The translations under genes and the position numbers were made by a program. A stretch of 63,170 nt of DNA, counting the filler, from Octopus bimaculoides (Eukaryota): NCBI RefSeq assembly GCF_001194135.2. It is 6 parts of 6 records of this genome, joined end to end, with 100 filler letters (N's around TTAATTAATTAA, not from the genome) between each part and the next. Parts side by side here need not be neighbours in the genome. Positions count along the whole stretch, not along the records: positions 1 to 16,847 come from NC_068991.1; 5 more parts are not named here. The stretch is one strand, 5' to 3'. Positions 1 to 11,721 of this stretch are shown piece after piece. The notes below the pieces were generated by a model. It did no database searches, had not been told where the DNA came from, and saw only the letters and a program-made list of their open reading frames with translations. Positions within the stretch are counted from its first letter, which is position 1. The number at the start of each line of letters is the position of its first letter.

Positions 1-68
<68 letters not shown>
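1..68. repeat. (GT)n microsatellite, representative of dozens of (TA)n, (CA)n, (TATG)n, (ATCT)n, (TAA)n, (GTA)n and (GAT)n tracts
   Basis: Read directly. Other large tracts lie at about 3490-3681, 17215-17400, 20640-21020, 25570-25817, 50140-50220, 50845-50922, 50995-51060, 53670-53740 and 53980-54180. Confidence 0.98.
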
Positions 69-71
<3 letters not shown>

Positions 72-1112
72 CATGATTGTTTTATGTTTACTGTCCATGC
101 TAGCAGATGAGGTGGTTTATTCAACTAGATGGGCTGGTTGGCACCTCATCTAACTCAGCATATCTTTCTGACTTGGTTTCTACAGCTGAGTGCTCTTCTG
201 AACACCAACCACTTCACAGAGTGTAGTGAACTGTTTCTCATGGCATCAGCACTAGAAAAGTAGCTACTTCGTCATCATGACTAGAGGGATCTCACAACCC
301 CATATATTTTCTTGCTTGTCCACCTCTTTGCAGAGTAAGAAGCATGAACGATATAGGCATGAAAGATTGTGATGAGAGAGGTATGAGATAGTGGAATTTT
401 TCTTAAAAGTACTCAGTATTCTGAGATTTGTACAAATACTCAAGGTAAAATTATTAGTCTCAGACAAAATGTCTGGCAGTATTTAATTACAATCTTTTAC
501 ATTCCAAGTGCAAATCCTGCTGGAGGCAACTTTATCTTTAATACTTCTGGTGTTTGGTAAATACACCCGTGAATTAATGGAGTTTATGCAATCAACTATA
601 CCTTTCCCCACAAACTTCTGGTTTAGTGTTTGTGTTAAAATGGACATGTAGGCAGANNNNNNNNNNNNNNNNNNNNNNNNNNNNNNNNNNNNNNNNNNNN
701 NNNNNNNNNNNNNNNNNNNNNNNNNNNNNNNNNNNNNNNNNNNNNNNNNNNNNNNNNNNNNNNNNNNNNNNNNNNNNNNNNNNNNNNNNNNNNNNNNNNN
801 NNNNNNNNNNNNNNNNNNNNNNNNNNNNNNNNNNNNNNNNNNNNNNNNNNNNNNNNNNNNNNNNNNNNNNNNNNNNNNNNNNNNNNNNNNNNNNNNNNNN
901 NNNNNNNNNNNNNNNNNNNNNNNNNNNNNNNNNNNNNNNNNNNNNNNNNNNNNNNNNNNNNNNNNNNNNNNNNNNNNNNNNNNNNNNNNNNNNNNNNNNN
1001 NNNNNNNNNNNNNNNNNNNNNNNNNNNNNNNNNNNNNNNNNNNNNNNNNNNNNNNNNNNNNNNNNTTCCCCACAAACTTCTGGTTTAGTGTTTGTGTTAA
1101 AATGGACATGTA

Positions 1113-1530
1113 GGCAGAGGTGTGGATGTATGGTTAAGAAACTTGCTTCCCAACCATGTGGTCTTAGGTTTAGTCCCACAGTGTGGCACCTTGAGCAAGT
1201 GTCTTCTACTATAGTCCTTGGCCAACCAAAATCCTGTAAGTGGATTGGTAGAAAGAGACTGAAAGAAGTCTGTCATGTATGTGTGTGTGTATGTATGTAT
1301 GTATGTATGTATGTATGTATGTATGTGTCTGTGTTATGCTTGTCCCTCACCAGTACTTGTCAATAGGTGTTGGTTTGCTTACATCCCTCTAACTTAACAG
1401 TTCAGCAAAAGAGACTATTAGAATAAGTACCAAAATAAGTAGTAAGGGCGATTTATTCGACTAAACCCTTTAAGGTGATCCGCCAACATAGCTACAGTCC
1501 AATAACTGAAACAGGTCAAAGATAAAAGAC
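1113..1530 (+). mobile_element. SINE family B (tRNA head, internal microsatellite, 3' module ending cagtccaataactgaaacaggtcaaaga in this copy)
   Basis: ggttaagaaacttgcttcccaacc...ccttgagcaagtgtcttctactatag. Other whole or partial copies at about 1782-1945+, 4345-4568+, 7524-7670-, 9315-9700-, 12360-13335 (nested), 15820-15960+, 17890-18255-, 35940-36300+, 40025-40270+, 43595-43742- and 62965-63170+. Confidence 0.85.
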
Positions 1531-1656
1531 AAAGGATAGTATATCTTCACAATAATAAAAAAAATCAAACTATTGTAGAAAATGTGTAAGGAAAAAAGGT
1601 AAGAGATCAAAGTGTGAGTTATATATCAGATTTGCAGGTTAAATATTGGCACTTAC

Positions 1657-1684
1657 AGTTGTTTTAATAGCTTCAAGCCAACTC
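1657..1684 (-). CDS. PH-domain gene coding exon 5, 28-nt micro-exon ((G)SWLEAIKTT), C-terminal PH helix
   Basis: tctctcgttctag|G AGT TGG CTT GAA GCT ATT AAA ACA ACT|gtaagt. Phase 2 matches exon 4 and the exon supplies the conserved PH-helix Trp. Confidence 0.9.
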
Positions 1685-1974
1685 CTAGAACGAGAGAGAA
1701 AAAATGAGGAATTCAGAATAAATAAATAACTAATAAAAAATAATTGATAATTAAAATGATCAAATGTATCTTCATAGGTTCAGGCATGAGAGTATGGTTA
1801 AGAAGTTCGTTTTGCAATCATATGATATTAGGTTGACTTCTACTGTGCAGTACCTTGGGTATATATCTTCTACTATAGCCTCAGGTTGACCAGTGCCTTG
1901 TGAGTGAATTTGGGAAACAGACACTCTGTGGAAGCCTGTCATGTAAATATATACACACATACATACATATATAC

Positions 1975-2032
<58 letters not shown>

Positions 2033-2094
2033 GATAGCGTCTCATAAAGCGAGATTTATATACATCTTAAATTTGCAGAAGAATTTGTGGTGAG

Positions 2095-2173
2095 GGTGGT
2101 TTAGCTTAATGGTTCAGAGCAGCGCAACGCGTAATCACGGAGGTATGAGTTCGAGTCTCATATCCTGCCACCA
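2095..2173 (+). pseudogene. tRNA-like sequence (degenerate tRNA, Thr(CGT)-like loop, or solitary SINE head) in the intron between coding exons 4 and 5, antisense to the PH gene
   Basis: A box TAGCTTAATGG, D stem GCTT/GAGC, perfect T arm ATGAG-TTCGAGT-CTCAT, GGTGG/CCACC acceptor pairing, TTTTTT 5 nt downstream. The anticodon stem does not pair and there are about 4 extra nt 3' of the T arm. Confidence 0.55.
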
Positions 2174-2435
2174 ACACTTTTTTCTGCAAAATAGGGGTAG
2201 CTTATCCTGTTCAGGCTATATTATTAGCTTTGAGAATTTAAAATCACTTCTTTAACTTTCTAAGACATCTCAATGCTTCTAAAGCAAACTTTGTTTGTTT
2301 GAACAATTATGAACTTTTCATTTAATTTCATTTTTTTAAATATGTATTTTTGATAAGGTTCGTTTTTTCAAGAACCGAAACATGTTAAAAATATCTCTGA
2401 CAAAATTATAAATGATACATTGGCATTTTCAAACT

Positions 2436-2496
<61 letters not shown>

Positions 2497-3185
2497 AGTA
2501 AAAATAAATACAAAAAAGGTGGTTTTTTTGTATGATTGTGTATAGAGGAATATAGAGTGTGTGTGCATGTATGTATGTGCATCTACGTGTGTCCGTATGT
2601 GAGTATTTATCCCTCTTCCACCACTTGATAACCAGTTTGTTGATGTTTTTGCAACCTAGCTCAGCAAAATGACCAATACAAAAAGTCCCAAACTTATGAT
2701 ACAAGTAAAGGGGTCAATTCATTAGACTGAAACCCTTCAAATCAGTACCTCAGTCTACAGTCCAATGTCCAACACAAGTAAAAAGTAAAGAAAAACCTGA
2801 CCATCTTGGAATGTTCATGGCAGTACACTGGAGAGAAGATATATCAGACATCTGCAACATATCATAACCCTGACACTATCACATGCGATACACAGGAGAT
2901 ATTTTCCTGATGCCCTTGCATCAGATATGACACACATTCCCAATGTTTTTTTACAACCACCAAACTTATAACTCAGAATGTATGAAACAGGGGTAAACTA
3001 AAAATCTGAAAACAAGCACTGACATTTAGAATAAACTTGTGAAAATGTTTTGGATAGAGAAAGGGTTAAGTCTGAAATGAAAAAATAAGATTAAAGCTAG
3101 AATGCTTTTAATTATAGGACTGCTCAATTTATGGCATCCATAAATAAGAAAGCTACCCATCTCCTACCTTATCCATTCTACTTAC

Positions 3186-3349
3186 CCTAAGTTGTCTGCA
3201 TCTATGAACAAGAACCATTCAATCTTGCTGCTTCTACAAGGTTTGTCTGGTACAGCCATTAAAAGCTTATCTTGTCCATAAGGTGGCAGTTTAGGTTTAC
3301 CAGGAACATACTTGGTTGCTTCACCAATGGCAAGGAATGACATTATTTG
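3186..3349 (-). CDS. PH-domain gene coding exon 4, 164 nt (QIMSFLAIGEATKYVPGKPKLPPYGQDKLLMAVPDKPCRSSKIEWFLFIDADNL+G)
   Basis: tttttatttcccag| acceptor, tagg|gtaagt donor, open frame, phase 0 to 2. The Pro/Gly-rich insert resembles evectin-type PH domains. Confidence 0.92.
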
Positions 3350-3484
3350 CTGGGAAATAAAAAGGAAAGAACTAATTTCTTTGTTTGGCACTAGATCAAT
3401 AAAGGCATTAAAACTTTCTACCAGAACCTTAAGTCAACCAGTGCCTTGTGAGTGAATTTGGCTGACAGAAACTGTAGGGAATCC

Positions 3485-3527
<43 letters not shown>

Positions 3528-3636
3528 TGTATGTATGTATGTATGTATGTATGTATGTATGTATGTATGTATGTATGTACGTATGTATGTATGTATGCAT
3601 GTATGTATGTATATATGTATCTATGTTTGCATGTAT

Positions 3637-3681
<45 letters not shown>

Positions 3682-4240
3682 NNNNNNNNNNNNNNNNNNN
3701 NNNNNNNNNNNNNNNNNNNNNNNNNNNNNNNNNNNNNNNNNNNNNNNNNNNNNNNNNNNNNNNNNNNNNNNNNNNNNNNNNNNNNNNNNNNNNNNNNNNN
3801 NNNNNNNNNNNNNNNNNNNNNNNNNNNNNNNNNNNNNNNNNNNNNNNNNNNNNNNNNNNNNNNNNNNNNNNNNNNNNNNNNNNNNNNNNNNNNNNNNNNN
3901 NNNNNNNNNNNNNNNNNNNNNNNNNNNNNNNNNNNNNNNNNNNNNNNNNNNNNNNNNNNNNNNNNNNNNNNNNNNNNNNNNNNNNNNNNNNNNNNNNNNN
4001 NNNNNNNNNNNNNNNNNNNNNNNNNNNNNNNNNNNNNNNNNNNNNNNNNNNNNNNNNNNNNNNNNNNNNNNNNNNNNNNNNNNNNNNNNNNNNTATGGTA
4101 AAACCTCCACTTTTACCCGCTCCCATTGATTGCACCTAGTATAGCACTAGTGTAGCAATAATTGGGTACCCTCCCAGCAGTATACTGGATAGATACTATC
4201 CCTTAGTGGGTTGAACCCCCAACCCCTAACTCTCTCACAT

Positions 4241-4271
<31 letters not shown>

Positions 4272-4577
4272 ACAAGAAAAAACAACAATAATCAGTTAGA
4301 CATATGCATTGAATGTATGTATGTATGTATGTATGTATGTATGTCTTTCTGTTAGTATTTGTCTCCATTACACACAACTTGACAACTAGTGTTGGTTTAT
4401 TTACATCCCTGTTACTTAACAGTTTTGGCAAAAAAGACAAAATACTGATGGAATAAGTACCAAACTTTAAAATAAGCACTGGGTTCGATTTGTGTGACTA
4501 AACCCTTTGCAGTAGTACCCCAGCATGGCCACAGTCCAATAACTGAAATAAGTAAAGTATAGAAGATAATGAGATAC

Positions 4578-4693
4578 CTTCAAATTAACAACACCTTCCA
4601 AAGACTTGCATTCTTCATCTTCAAACCATTCCAGATTACTGTCGCTATTCAATACTAAATATTTCTTTTTCCAATCTTTAGAAAATAGTTTTT
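4578..4693 (-). CDS. PH-domain gene coding exon 3, 116 nt (KLFSKDWKKKYLVLNSDSNLEWFEDEECKSLEGVVNLK)
   Basis: ttcatttcag| acceptor and aag|gtatct donor. WKKKYLVL...LEWFE...G.V.L is a PH beta-2 to beta-4 pattern. Confidence 0.92.
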
Positions 4694-5063
4694 CTGAAAT
4701 GAATAACAATAATTCCAATAATCCTAATAATCCCAACGCAAATTCAAAAGGTCTTTTTTTTTTTAACTTTAGCTCAGCTCTTATCAAAATGTTTTATGAA
4801 TATTCCATTTTTTATTTTCTTATGAAATAGAGCATCTAGTAAAGACAAATGGCTTATTGATGTGGGTATTGAGCTCATGGCTGTTAGGAGTAGATAAAAT
4901 AATTACCAGTCAAGATATGAGGTTGTCACTAAATTTGCCCTTTGTACTATAAGGCCCCATGCTATGATAAAATGTGAAGCTACAATACAGAAGCACAGAT
5001 CCACTTAGATATCATAAGGCATTTGATCTAGCATGTTACCAAGTCTGTTATTGACCACCTTAA

Positions 5064-5284
5064 CCTTTTAGCATTTAAACAGGCCATATCTAGCCTAAAT
5101 ATTCCACCTGCTTCAAGTTCCTAACCAGCCAAATCCAACCTCTCATACCTACCCTACAATGTCATTCTAAAAATAAACAATCACAACATTTAAATCTGGA
5201 AGCTATTAGATAATGCATGATTAATTCAAAACAATGTCAATATATAAGCATTACATTTAACAGAGTAATCTAAGTGCTAAAGGG
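5064..5284. mobile_element. piggyBac-like MITE
   Basis: TTAA|ccttttagca ... tgctaaaggg|TTAT: short imperfect TIRs and a TTAA-type target site. Confidence 0.6.
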
Positions 5285-5476
5285 TTATTAATCTGTTGTG
5301 ATGATGATAATAATAATAATGGAACACCCCCTCCTTTGTGACAAATGATATGTGCTAGTCGTTACAAATACTGTGATGTCGAGAAGTCAGTGGGTAGTCA
5401 GTCTAACTAACTATATTGCTATACTGGAGTGGGTAATAGAACAGTCCAGCATTGGATTACAACATTGCTGAAAAGG

Positions 5477-5553
5477 AATTAACAAACTCATGAGAAATTA
5501 ACAAACTCACAAGAATTAAACGAACTCACAAGGAGTTACAAAACTCACAAATG
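5477..5553 (+). repeat. Minisatellite of about 19 bp, 4 degenerate copies
   Basis: aattaacaaactcatgaga / aattaacaaactcacaaga / attaaacgaactcacaagg / agttacaaaactcacaaat. Confidence 0.7.
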
Positions 5554-5803
5554 TTTTTTGTTCAAATTTTACAGTATACAAAAGCGTAAAATTATGTATG
5601 TATGTATGTATGTATGTATGTATGTATGTATGTATGTATGTATTTATGTATGTATGAATGTATGTATGTATGTATGTATGTATGTATGCATGTATGTATG
5701 TGAATTCCATGTGATTGACCTACCTCTCTGGAAGTGGAAATAATATCAATAAATCAGGTATTTATCTTATATGTCATATAATATAGCATTATTCATGTTC
5801 ATA

Positions 5804-6196
5804 GGAGGCGCAATGACCCAGTGGTTAGGGCAGCGGACTCACGGTCATAGGATCACAGTTTTGATTCCCAGACCGGGCGTTGTGAGTGTTTATTGAGCAA
5901 AATCCCCTAAAGCACCACGAGGCTCCGGCAGGGGATGATGGCGAACCCTGCTGTACTCTTTCACCACAACTTTCTCTCACTCTTACTTCCTGTTTCTGTT
6001 GTGCCTGTAATTCAAAGGGTCAGCCTTGTCACACTGTGTCACACTGAATATCCCCGAGAACTATGTTAAGGGTACACGTGTCTGTGGAGTGCTCAGCCAT
6101 TTGCACGTTAATTTCACGAGCAGGCTGTTCCATTGATCAGATCAACTGGAACCCTCAACTTCGTAAGCGACGGAGTGCCAACAACAACAACAACAA
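5804..6196 (+). mobile_element. tRNA-derived SINE, family A ((AAC)n tail), CpG-decayed copy
   Basis: Head GGCGCAATGACCCAGTGG, degenerate B box, 12-bp TSD attcatgttcat, homologous to the copies at 23306, 25042, 33144 and 45250. Confidence 0.9.
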
Positions 6197-7057
6197 TTCA
6201 TGTTCATTGTTTAACTACATGCTACTATCCACTCACTTATTTCTGTAAGCTGATTTTCATTTCATTTTTTTTTTTTTTGNNNNNNNNNNNNNNNNNNNNN
6301 NNNNNNNNNNNNNNNNNNNNNNNNNNNNNNNNNNNNNNNNNNNNNNNNNNNNNNNNNNNNNNNNNNNNNNGTACAAGCCTAAATGTCTCATTTGCTGAAG
6401 ATAAAGCAGGAAATTTTTTTATACTGATGAGGCCAACTGAGGCAGAAACAGGTGCCCACAGTTTTCCTTTAAACACTCAGAGGATCTTTTCCTTAAGGAT
6501 TTGTCAATTAATAGAATTCTTGATTCTTGAGATTATCTCCCTTTCTTGTCCAGAGTTAGTACTAAGCGATTGGTCTACCTTCACTGGAAGCAAGGATAAT
6601 TTCAATAAATCAAGAATTTTGCTGTATTTTTTTTTTAAGCATTCACTCATTACAAGGTCCTAAGACCACTGAAAACGTAAGAACTACTAGAATAAAATGG
6701 ATGCTAGACAGAAGTCAATAGGTGACAATGTTATTTAATATACTTTTATAGCAGAGACTCCAGCTAAGATCTGAAGAAGGAATTGTAATTCCGAAATATC
6801 ATCGGACTATAGATAACCAAATTACAACAGGTATATAGTCCCTTTTTTGTTCTATAGTGCATTGTTGTACCATTCTAAACTTTATTCTTTACAAACAATA
6901 CACAATGCTTCAAGCGAACTACAATACTCTCATACTTTTAATTGTCTTTGTTGTTCAACTACATGTCTTGGTCACTAAGTTATTTCTTTTAGCTCATTTT
7001 CATTTCACATATACACACACACATGTAAATTTATACGTAATTTTTCTATATACTCAC

Positions 7058-7102
7058 TGTGGTAATGGATGATAAAGCCAGTTTTCACTTGAGTTGGTAT
7101 AC
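7058..7102 (-). CDS. PH-domain gene coding exon 2, 45 nt ((G)IPTQVKTGFIIHYH+K), PH strand beta-1
   Basis: catccag|GTATACC...TACCACA|gtgagt, phase 1 to phase 1. Supplies the VKTGF beta-1 motif directly ahead of KKLFSKDWKKKY. Confidence 0.85.
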
Positions 7103-7403
7103 CTGGATGTATATCAAATTGTTAATTAATCAAACAGGTAAACCACCCAAAATAAATTAGACATTAAGAAGCTGTATCCTAAATGTGTATTAATAGTTAT
7201 TTATACATACTGGAAAAATGCTCCCAATAAGAAAAACTGAGTATTGTATAACTTATGATAAAAATGAATATATGTATATATTTATGTATGTATGCATGTA
7301 TGTATGTATGCATGTATGTATGTATGCATGTATGTGTGTGTATTTATATATGTAATATATGTATGTATGTGTACATTTATATATGTGTGTCTTTGTATAC
7401 ACA

Positions 7404-7440
<37 letters not shown>

Positions 7441-7684
7441 AAACTACCTATCGCCATTAGATACAAAACTACTATCGCCATTACATACAATCTTCTCATT
7501 TAAATATAAACACNNNNNNNNNNAATTCTGTGTATAAAATCCACTCACAATGCTTTAGTCAGCCTGAAGCTATAGTAGAAGACACTTGCTTAAGCTGCCT
7601 TGAAGTGAAAGTGAACCTAAAATCATATGGTTAAGAAGTAAACTTCTTATCATGTAGCTACATCTATGTTGTGTATGTGAATAT

Positions 7685-7990
7685 GAGCTTACGATCGTAA
7701 AATTGTGAGTTCAAATCCCGGACCAGGCTGCATGTTGTGTTCTTGAGCAAGACACTTTATTTCACGTTGCTCCAGTTCACTCAGCTGTAGAAATGAGTTG
7801 TGATGTCACAGGTGCCAAGCTGTATTGGCCTTTGCCTTTCCCTTGGATAACATTGGTGGCATGGAGAGGGGAGGCTGGTATGCATGGGTGACTGCTGGTC
7901 TTCCATAGAAACAACCTTGGCTGGACTTGTGCCTGGAAGGGTAACTTTCTAGGTGCAATCCCATGGTTAGTTATGACCAAAGGGGGTCCC
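7685..7990 (+). mobile_element. tRNA-derived SINE with a CORE-like middle and a distinct tail (family D)
   Basis: B box GAGTTCAAATCC, tcttgagcaagacacttt motif, tail ending gaccaaagggggtcc. A reverse fragment of this tail sits at 37761-37911. Confidence 0.75.
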
Positions 7991-7996
7991 AGCATA

Positions 7997-9303
7997 CAAG
8001 GGGATACCCAAAGGAAACTGGAATTTTGTTATATTATTTTATTCATTTAGTTTTACATGTTTATACTTTTACCACCTTCAAAGTATTCTCCATTTGAAGC
8101 AATGCATTGGTCCAGACACATTTTCCACAGTTTGAAACAGTAGTAGAACTCTTACGAAGTGATACCTTTTAACACCTCCATCGTTTTTTCTTCACCTCTT
8201 CCACATCTACAAAACGTTTTCCTTTAAGGAACTTTTTCATTCGGGGGTACAAAAAAGGTTGCAAGGAGCAGGTTTGGATTAATAGGGGGAGAAGGTGCAT
8301 ATGTGAGGTCATGCCATTTTGGGTAAAAAAAACTGTCTCACACTCAAGGTGGTGTACTCGGGTGCATTATTGTGATGAAACTACCACTCTCCACTTTGCC
8401 ACAGGTCAGGGCATTTTTGTCTCACGGTATCTCGCAAATGCTTCAGAACTTCCAAGTAAACTGTCTGGTTAACAGTTTGACCAGGAGAAACAAATACTGT
8501 GTGGACAATTCTTTTCGCATCGATGAAACAAATCAGCATCGTCTTGACATTGGACTTCACTTGGCGTGCTTTTTGGGGTGTGCTGATATCAAATGCTTCC
8601 ATTGACTTGATTGCTACTTCGTTTCCGGGTCATAGCTGTAGCACCAGCTTTCATCACCAGTGACGACCTTCAAAAAAAAGGTTCGGATCAACTGTTCTTT
8701 CAGTTTACGACATGCATTCAGTCATGACTGCTTTTGATCTTCCATGAGCAAAGGAGGCACAAATTTTACTGCAACTCTTTTCATTCACAATTCCTTACTC
8801 AAAATTTATTGGTAGGAGCTCAAGAACACACCAGTCATATTGACAAGTTCGTCAATTGTTCGGTGACGATCCTCCAAGATCAGTTCATGAATTTTCACAT
8901 TTTCATTCATTCAGGAGGTCGACAGTCACTCTGAATGAGGTTGGTCTTCAAGCAACAATTAACCATTCATAAAGCGTGAAAACCACACATAAACTTATGT
9001 TTTGTTCATGGCAGCGTCCTTGTAAACTGTTTAAGGCATGTCAACTGTTTTGGCTGCCATATTCCCCCGCAGAAAACAGAACTTCACGAAAGCACGCTGT
9101 TACTTTGTTTGAGTCATCACAAAAATCTATAAACAGGAGATAAGCACTGCAAGACAAAGATGCACCACATGGCAGTACGACATCACAAGATGCTACTGGT
9201 TAGCAGTCTGATTCCTGAAGATCACATCAAGTGGCTTCTAGCAGCAGAAGACTGAACGACAAGCTTGTCCTACAAAGAACAGTTATTTTGGGGTGCCTCC
9301 TCG
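7997..9303 (-). mobile_element. Full-length (1307 bp) decayed mariner transposon
   Basis: TA at 7995-7996 and 9304-9305. Degenerate TIRs caaggggatacccaaaggaaactg / cgaggaggcaccccaaaataactg. Transposase relics VVTGDESWCYSYDPETK*QSSQW and KARQVKSNVKTMLICFID...TVNQTVYLEVLKHLR, with stops and frameshifts. Confidence 0.93.
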
Positions 9304-9837
9304 TATATGTATATATTCTTTTATTCTAGTATTTGTTTCAGTCTTTCGATTGTGGCCATGCTGGAGTAGTGCTTTGAGAGGTTTTAATTGGACAAATTGA
9401 CCCTAAGATTTATTTCTTGAGCCTTGTACTTATTCTATCAGTCATTTTTGACAAAAAAACTAAGTTATGAAGACATAAACACACCTACACCAGTTGTCAA
9501 GAGATGATGGGAGGGACAAACACAGACACAAAGACACGCACACATTGATATATATATATATATATCTGACAGGCTTCTTTCAGTTTCTGTGTACCAAATT
9601 CACTCACAAGACTTTGATTGGCCTGAGGTTCTTGTAGAAGACATTTGCCACGTGGTGCGACTGAACTCAGAACAATGTGGTTGGGAAGCAAGCCACACCT
9701 AGAGTATATATTACTATATGTCATCATCATCATCATCATTTAAGGTCATTTAACGTCTGTTGTCCATGCTGGCATCAGTTGGACAGTTTGACAGGGCTGG
9801 CATGCTGGAAGGTTGCACCAGACTCCAGTCTGATTTA

Positions 9838-10120
9838 TTTATATATATAAAACACAGGATGTGTGTTTGTCGTGTCATTATAACACGAGATCCACCCAAC
9901 CGATTTTAATGAAATTTTATGCATGCATTACACAGGGTCCATGGAGTATCATGGGCCAAAAAATGTTCAACTTCTTGCAGGTCCAGGGGCAGATAAACCA
10001 CATTTTGTAAGCATTTTCACAGCGTTAAGACCCGTAACTTGAAGAGTATCCAGTCACTTTCCTCCAAATTTGCAATAAACATTAATTGCTGTTGACTAAA
10101 AAAAAATTTCTGAAGCCAAC
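9838..10120 (+). mobile_element. Possible non-autonomous Helitron/DINE-like 5' end
   Basis: tatatatataaaa...gatgtgtgtttgtc...aaccgattttaatgaaatttt resembles 5' ends of non-autonomous Helitrons. No 3' hairpin or CTAG end was found. Confidence 0.4.
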
Positions 10121-10660
10121 TATGGGCCCCCTGACAAATGCAGATTAATCAGATTTGAGTATACTGCACTAGGTTTTATCTTCGTTTTAGGCCATTTTGT
10201 GACGGTAGAATATTGACAGTACTTATGCATAATAAACAGCGTATAACATTTCATGAAAACCTTTTTGTCGAATTTGGCAGGGGAAATGAGAAGAACATAA
10301 AAATTTTTGTCGATGCCCTGTTGATGCTTCATGTTATCATCCTGTATACCACAGGGACATGTGCATGTGAGTGCAGCTGGGTAAAGGCACAACAAACCCA
10401 TTCATCCATTCTTCAGAAGTGCCCTGTTGATGTTTTACATTTCCAATCCTGCGCAATGCAGCATGGCCTGTCTGTTTTCTATGTCATCCATGTCCGAACT
10501 ATATAATGCAAAATGTTCACACAAAAAAACAAACTGCTGTTGTGACTCGCAACCATTTGAGTTTGACTGCATGACCACTTCTGGAAGTTACACTCGCCAC
10601 CTGCAATTAGTCCACCCCCACCCTTGTGTTCCCTCCCCCATTTCGTCGAACGAATAGATA

Positions 10661-11150
10661 CAGGGTGTCCCAGAATTAATGATGATTTGAATGAAATCAG
10701 ATGTATTTTTTTTTTAAACTCACTTCACTTTTATTTATGTTTACCATGTTTGATATGTGTTAAAAGTGTATAAATTTTGAATTTTGTTTATAATTTTATT
10801 TTCATTCCTGTTGGACCCCTCTTATTTATCCATGACAGCTTTTTTCCAATTTGATAGCAATCATTTTCTTTACCTCCATCCCTAAGATGGAACAAATCAT
10901 TTAGCTGAGCTTAAAGAAAATATTTAATTAGTAGTGCAGGAGCTAACTCCTGAAATGCTTCCAAATGTGTTTCACAGCACTAAGGAGAGATTTATAGTAT
11001 GCAAAGATACAGACATATTGAAAATTTTCAATAAAAGTTTGACGTAAGATTTATAAATTTATTTGTTTTGGTAATAACCATAAAATTCTGTCAGTTTTTT
11101 AAAATTTGCTCAATTTCATTGAAACAGATAGTTAATTCTGGAACGCCCTG
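10661..11150 (+). mobile_element. 490-bp non-autonomous Tc1/mariner-superfamily element
   Basis: TA|CAGGGTGTCCCAGAATTAA ... TTAATTCTGGAACGCCCTG|TA. Internal relic of a transposase C-terminus LKENI*LVVQELTPEMLPNVFHSTKERFIVC. Confidence 0.85.
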
Positions 11151-11643
11151 TATGGTGTGCCATTGCTAGTTGTTGCGTTGCTTGAGTAAATATTAAAATC
11201 AAAGGTCTTCTCGCCGTAAACATTCCCTCTTTTTGTTAAGCATATTGTATTCAGGAGAATAAGAAGCTTGCTTTCTGACCATGTCGCCTTGGGTTCAGTC
11301 CTACTGTGTAGCACGTTGGGCAATTCTCTCTCATTACAGCTCCATGCCGACCAAAGCCGTGTGTATTATATAATTGCCATTACTATATTGATAAAGAAAA
11401 TAACACACACAACTCACTTATTCTTCTTCTTTCTACTTCAACTATTACATGTTGTTTTTTCTTATAAAATACACACGTACAGGAAGAGTAAATCTATATA
11501 TATAATAACACTTTGAATGTGGATCCCGAGAAAGAGTAAAAGCAATTACCCGATCGACAACGGGTATTACTGCTATTATATATATATATATATGTGTGTG
11601 TATATTCTATTGTTTTGTTTATGCATTTCGTTTGTACACTCAA

Positions 11644-11687
<44 letters not shown>

Positions 11688-11708
11688 CCATACACACACA
11701 TATCTTAC

Positions 11709-11721
11709 CTGAAACATCCAT
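11709..11721 (-). CDS. PH-domain (evectin/PLEKHB-like) gene, first coding exon (MDVS+G); whole exon probably 11709-11794 including 5' UTR
   Basis: Minus strand reads gtcATGGATGTTTCAG|gtaaga (good start context, strong donor). Acceptor attttcttcag| lies at 11795 with an in-frame TAA upstream of the ATG. The phase-1 end matches the next exon. Confidence 0.7.

Noticed and set aside
483-600. Candidate next exon of the PH gene (…KFVGK or …LPPAGFALGM)
   Set aside because: No acceptor gives a convincing phase-0 open frame. The next exon probably lies outside the window.
604-1118. Identical 53-bp direct repeat (604-656 and 1066-1118) flanking a gap
   Set aside because: Too long for a TSD and exactly gap-bounded. 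Most likely an unmerged contig overlap, so the gap may not exist.
6210-6279. Strong minus-strand donor aataa|gtgagt at 6237
   Set aside because: The upstream sequence does not give PH beta-1 and runs into poly-A and a gap. The 7058-7102 exon fits far better.
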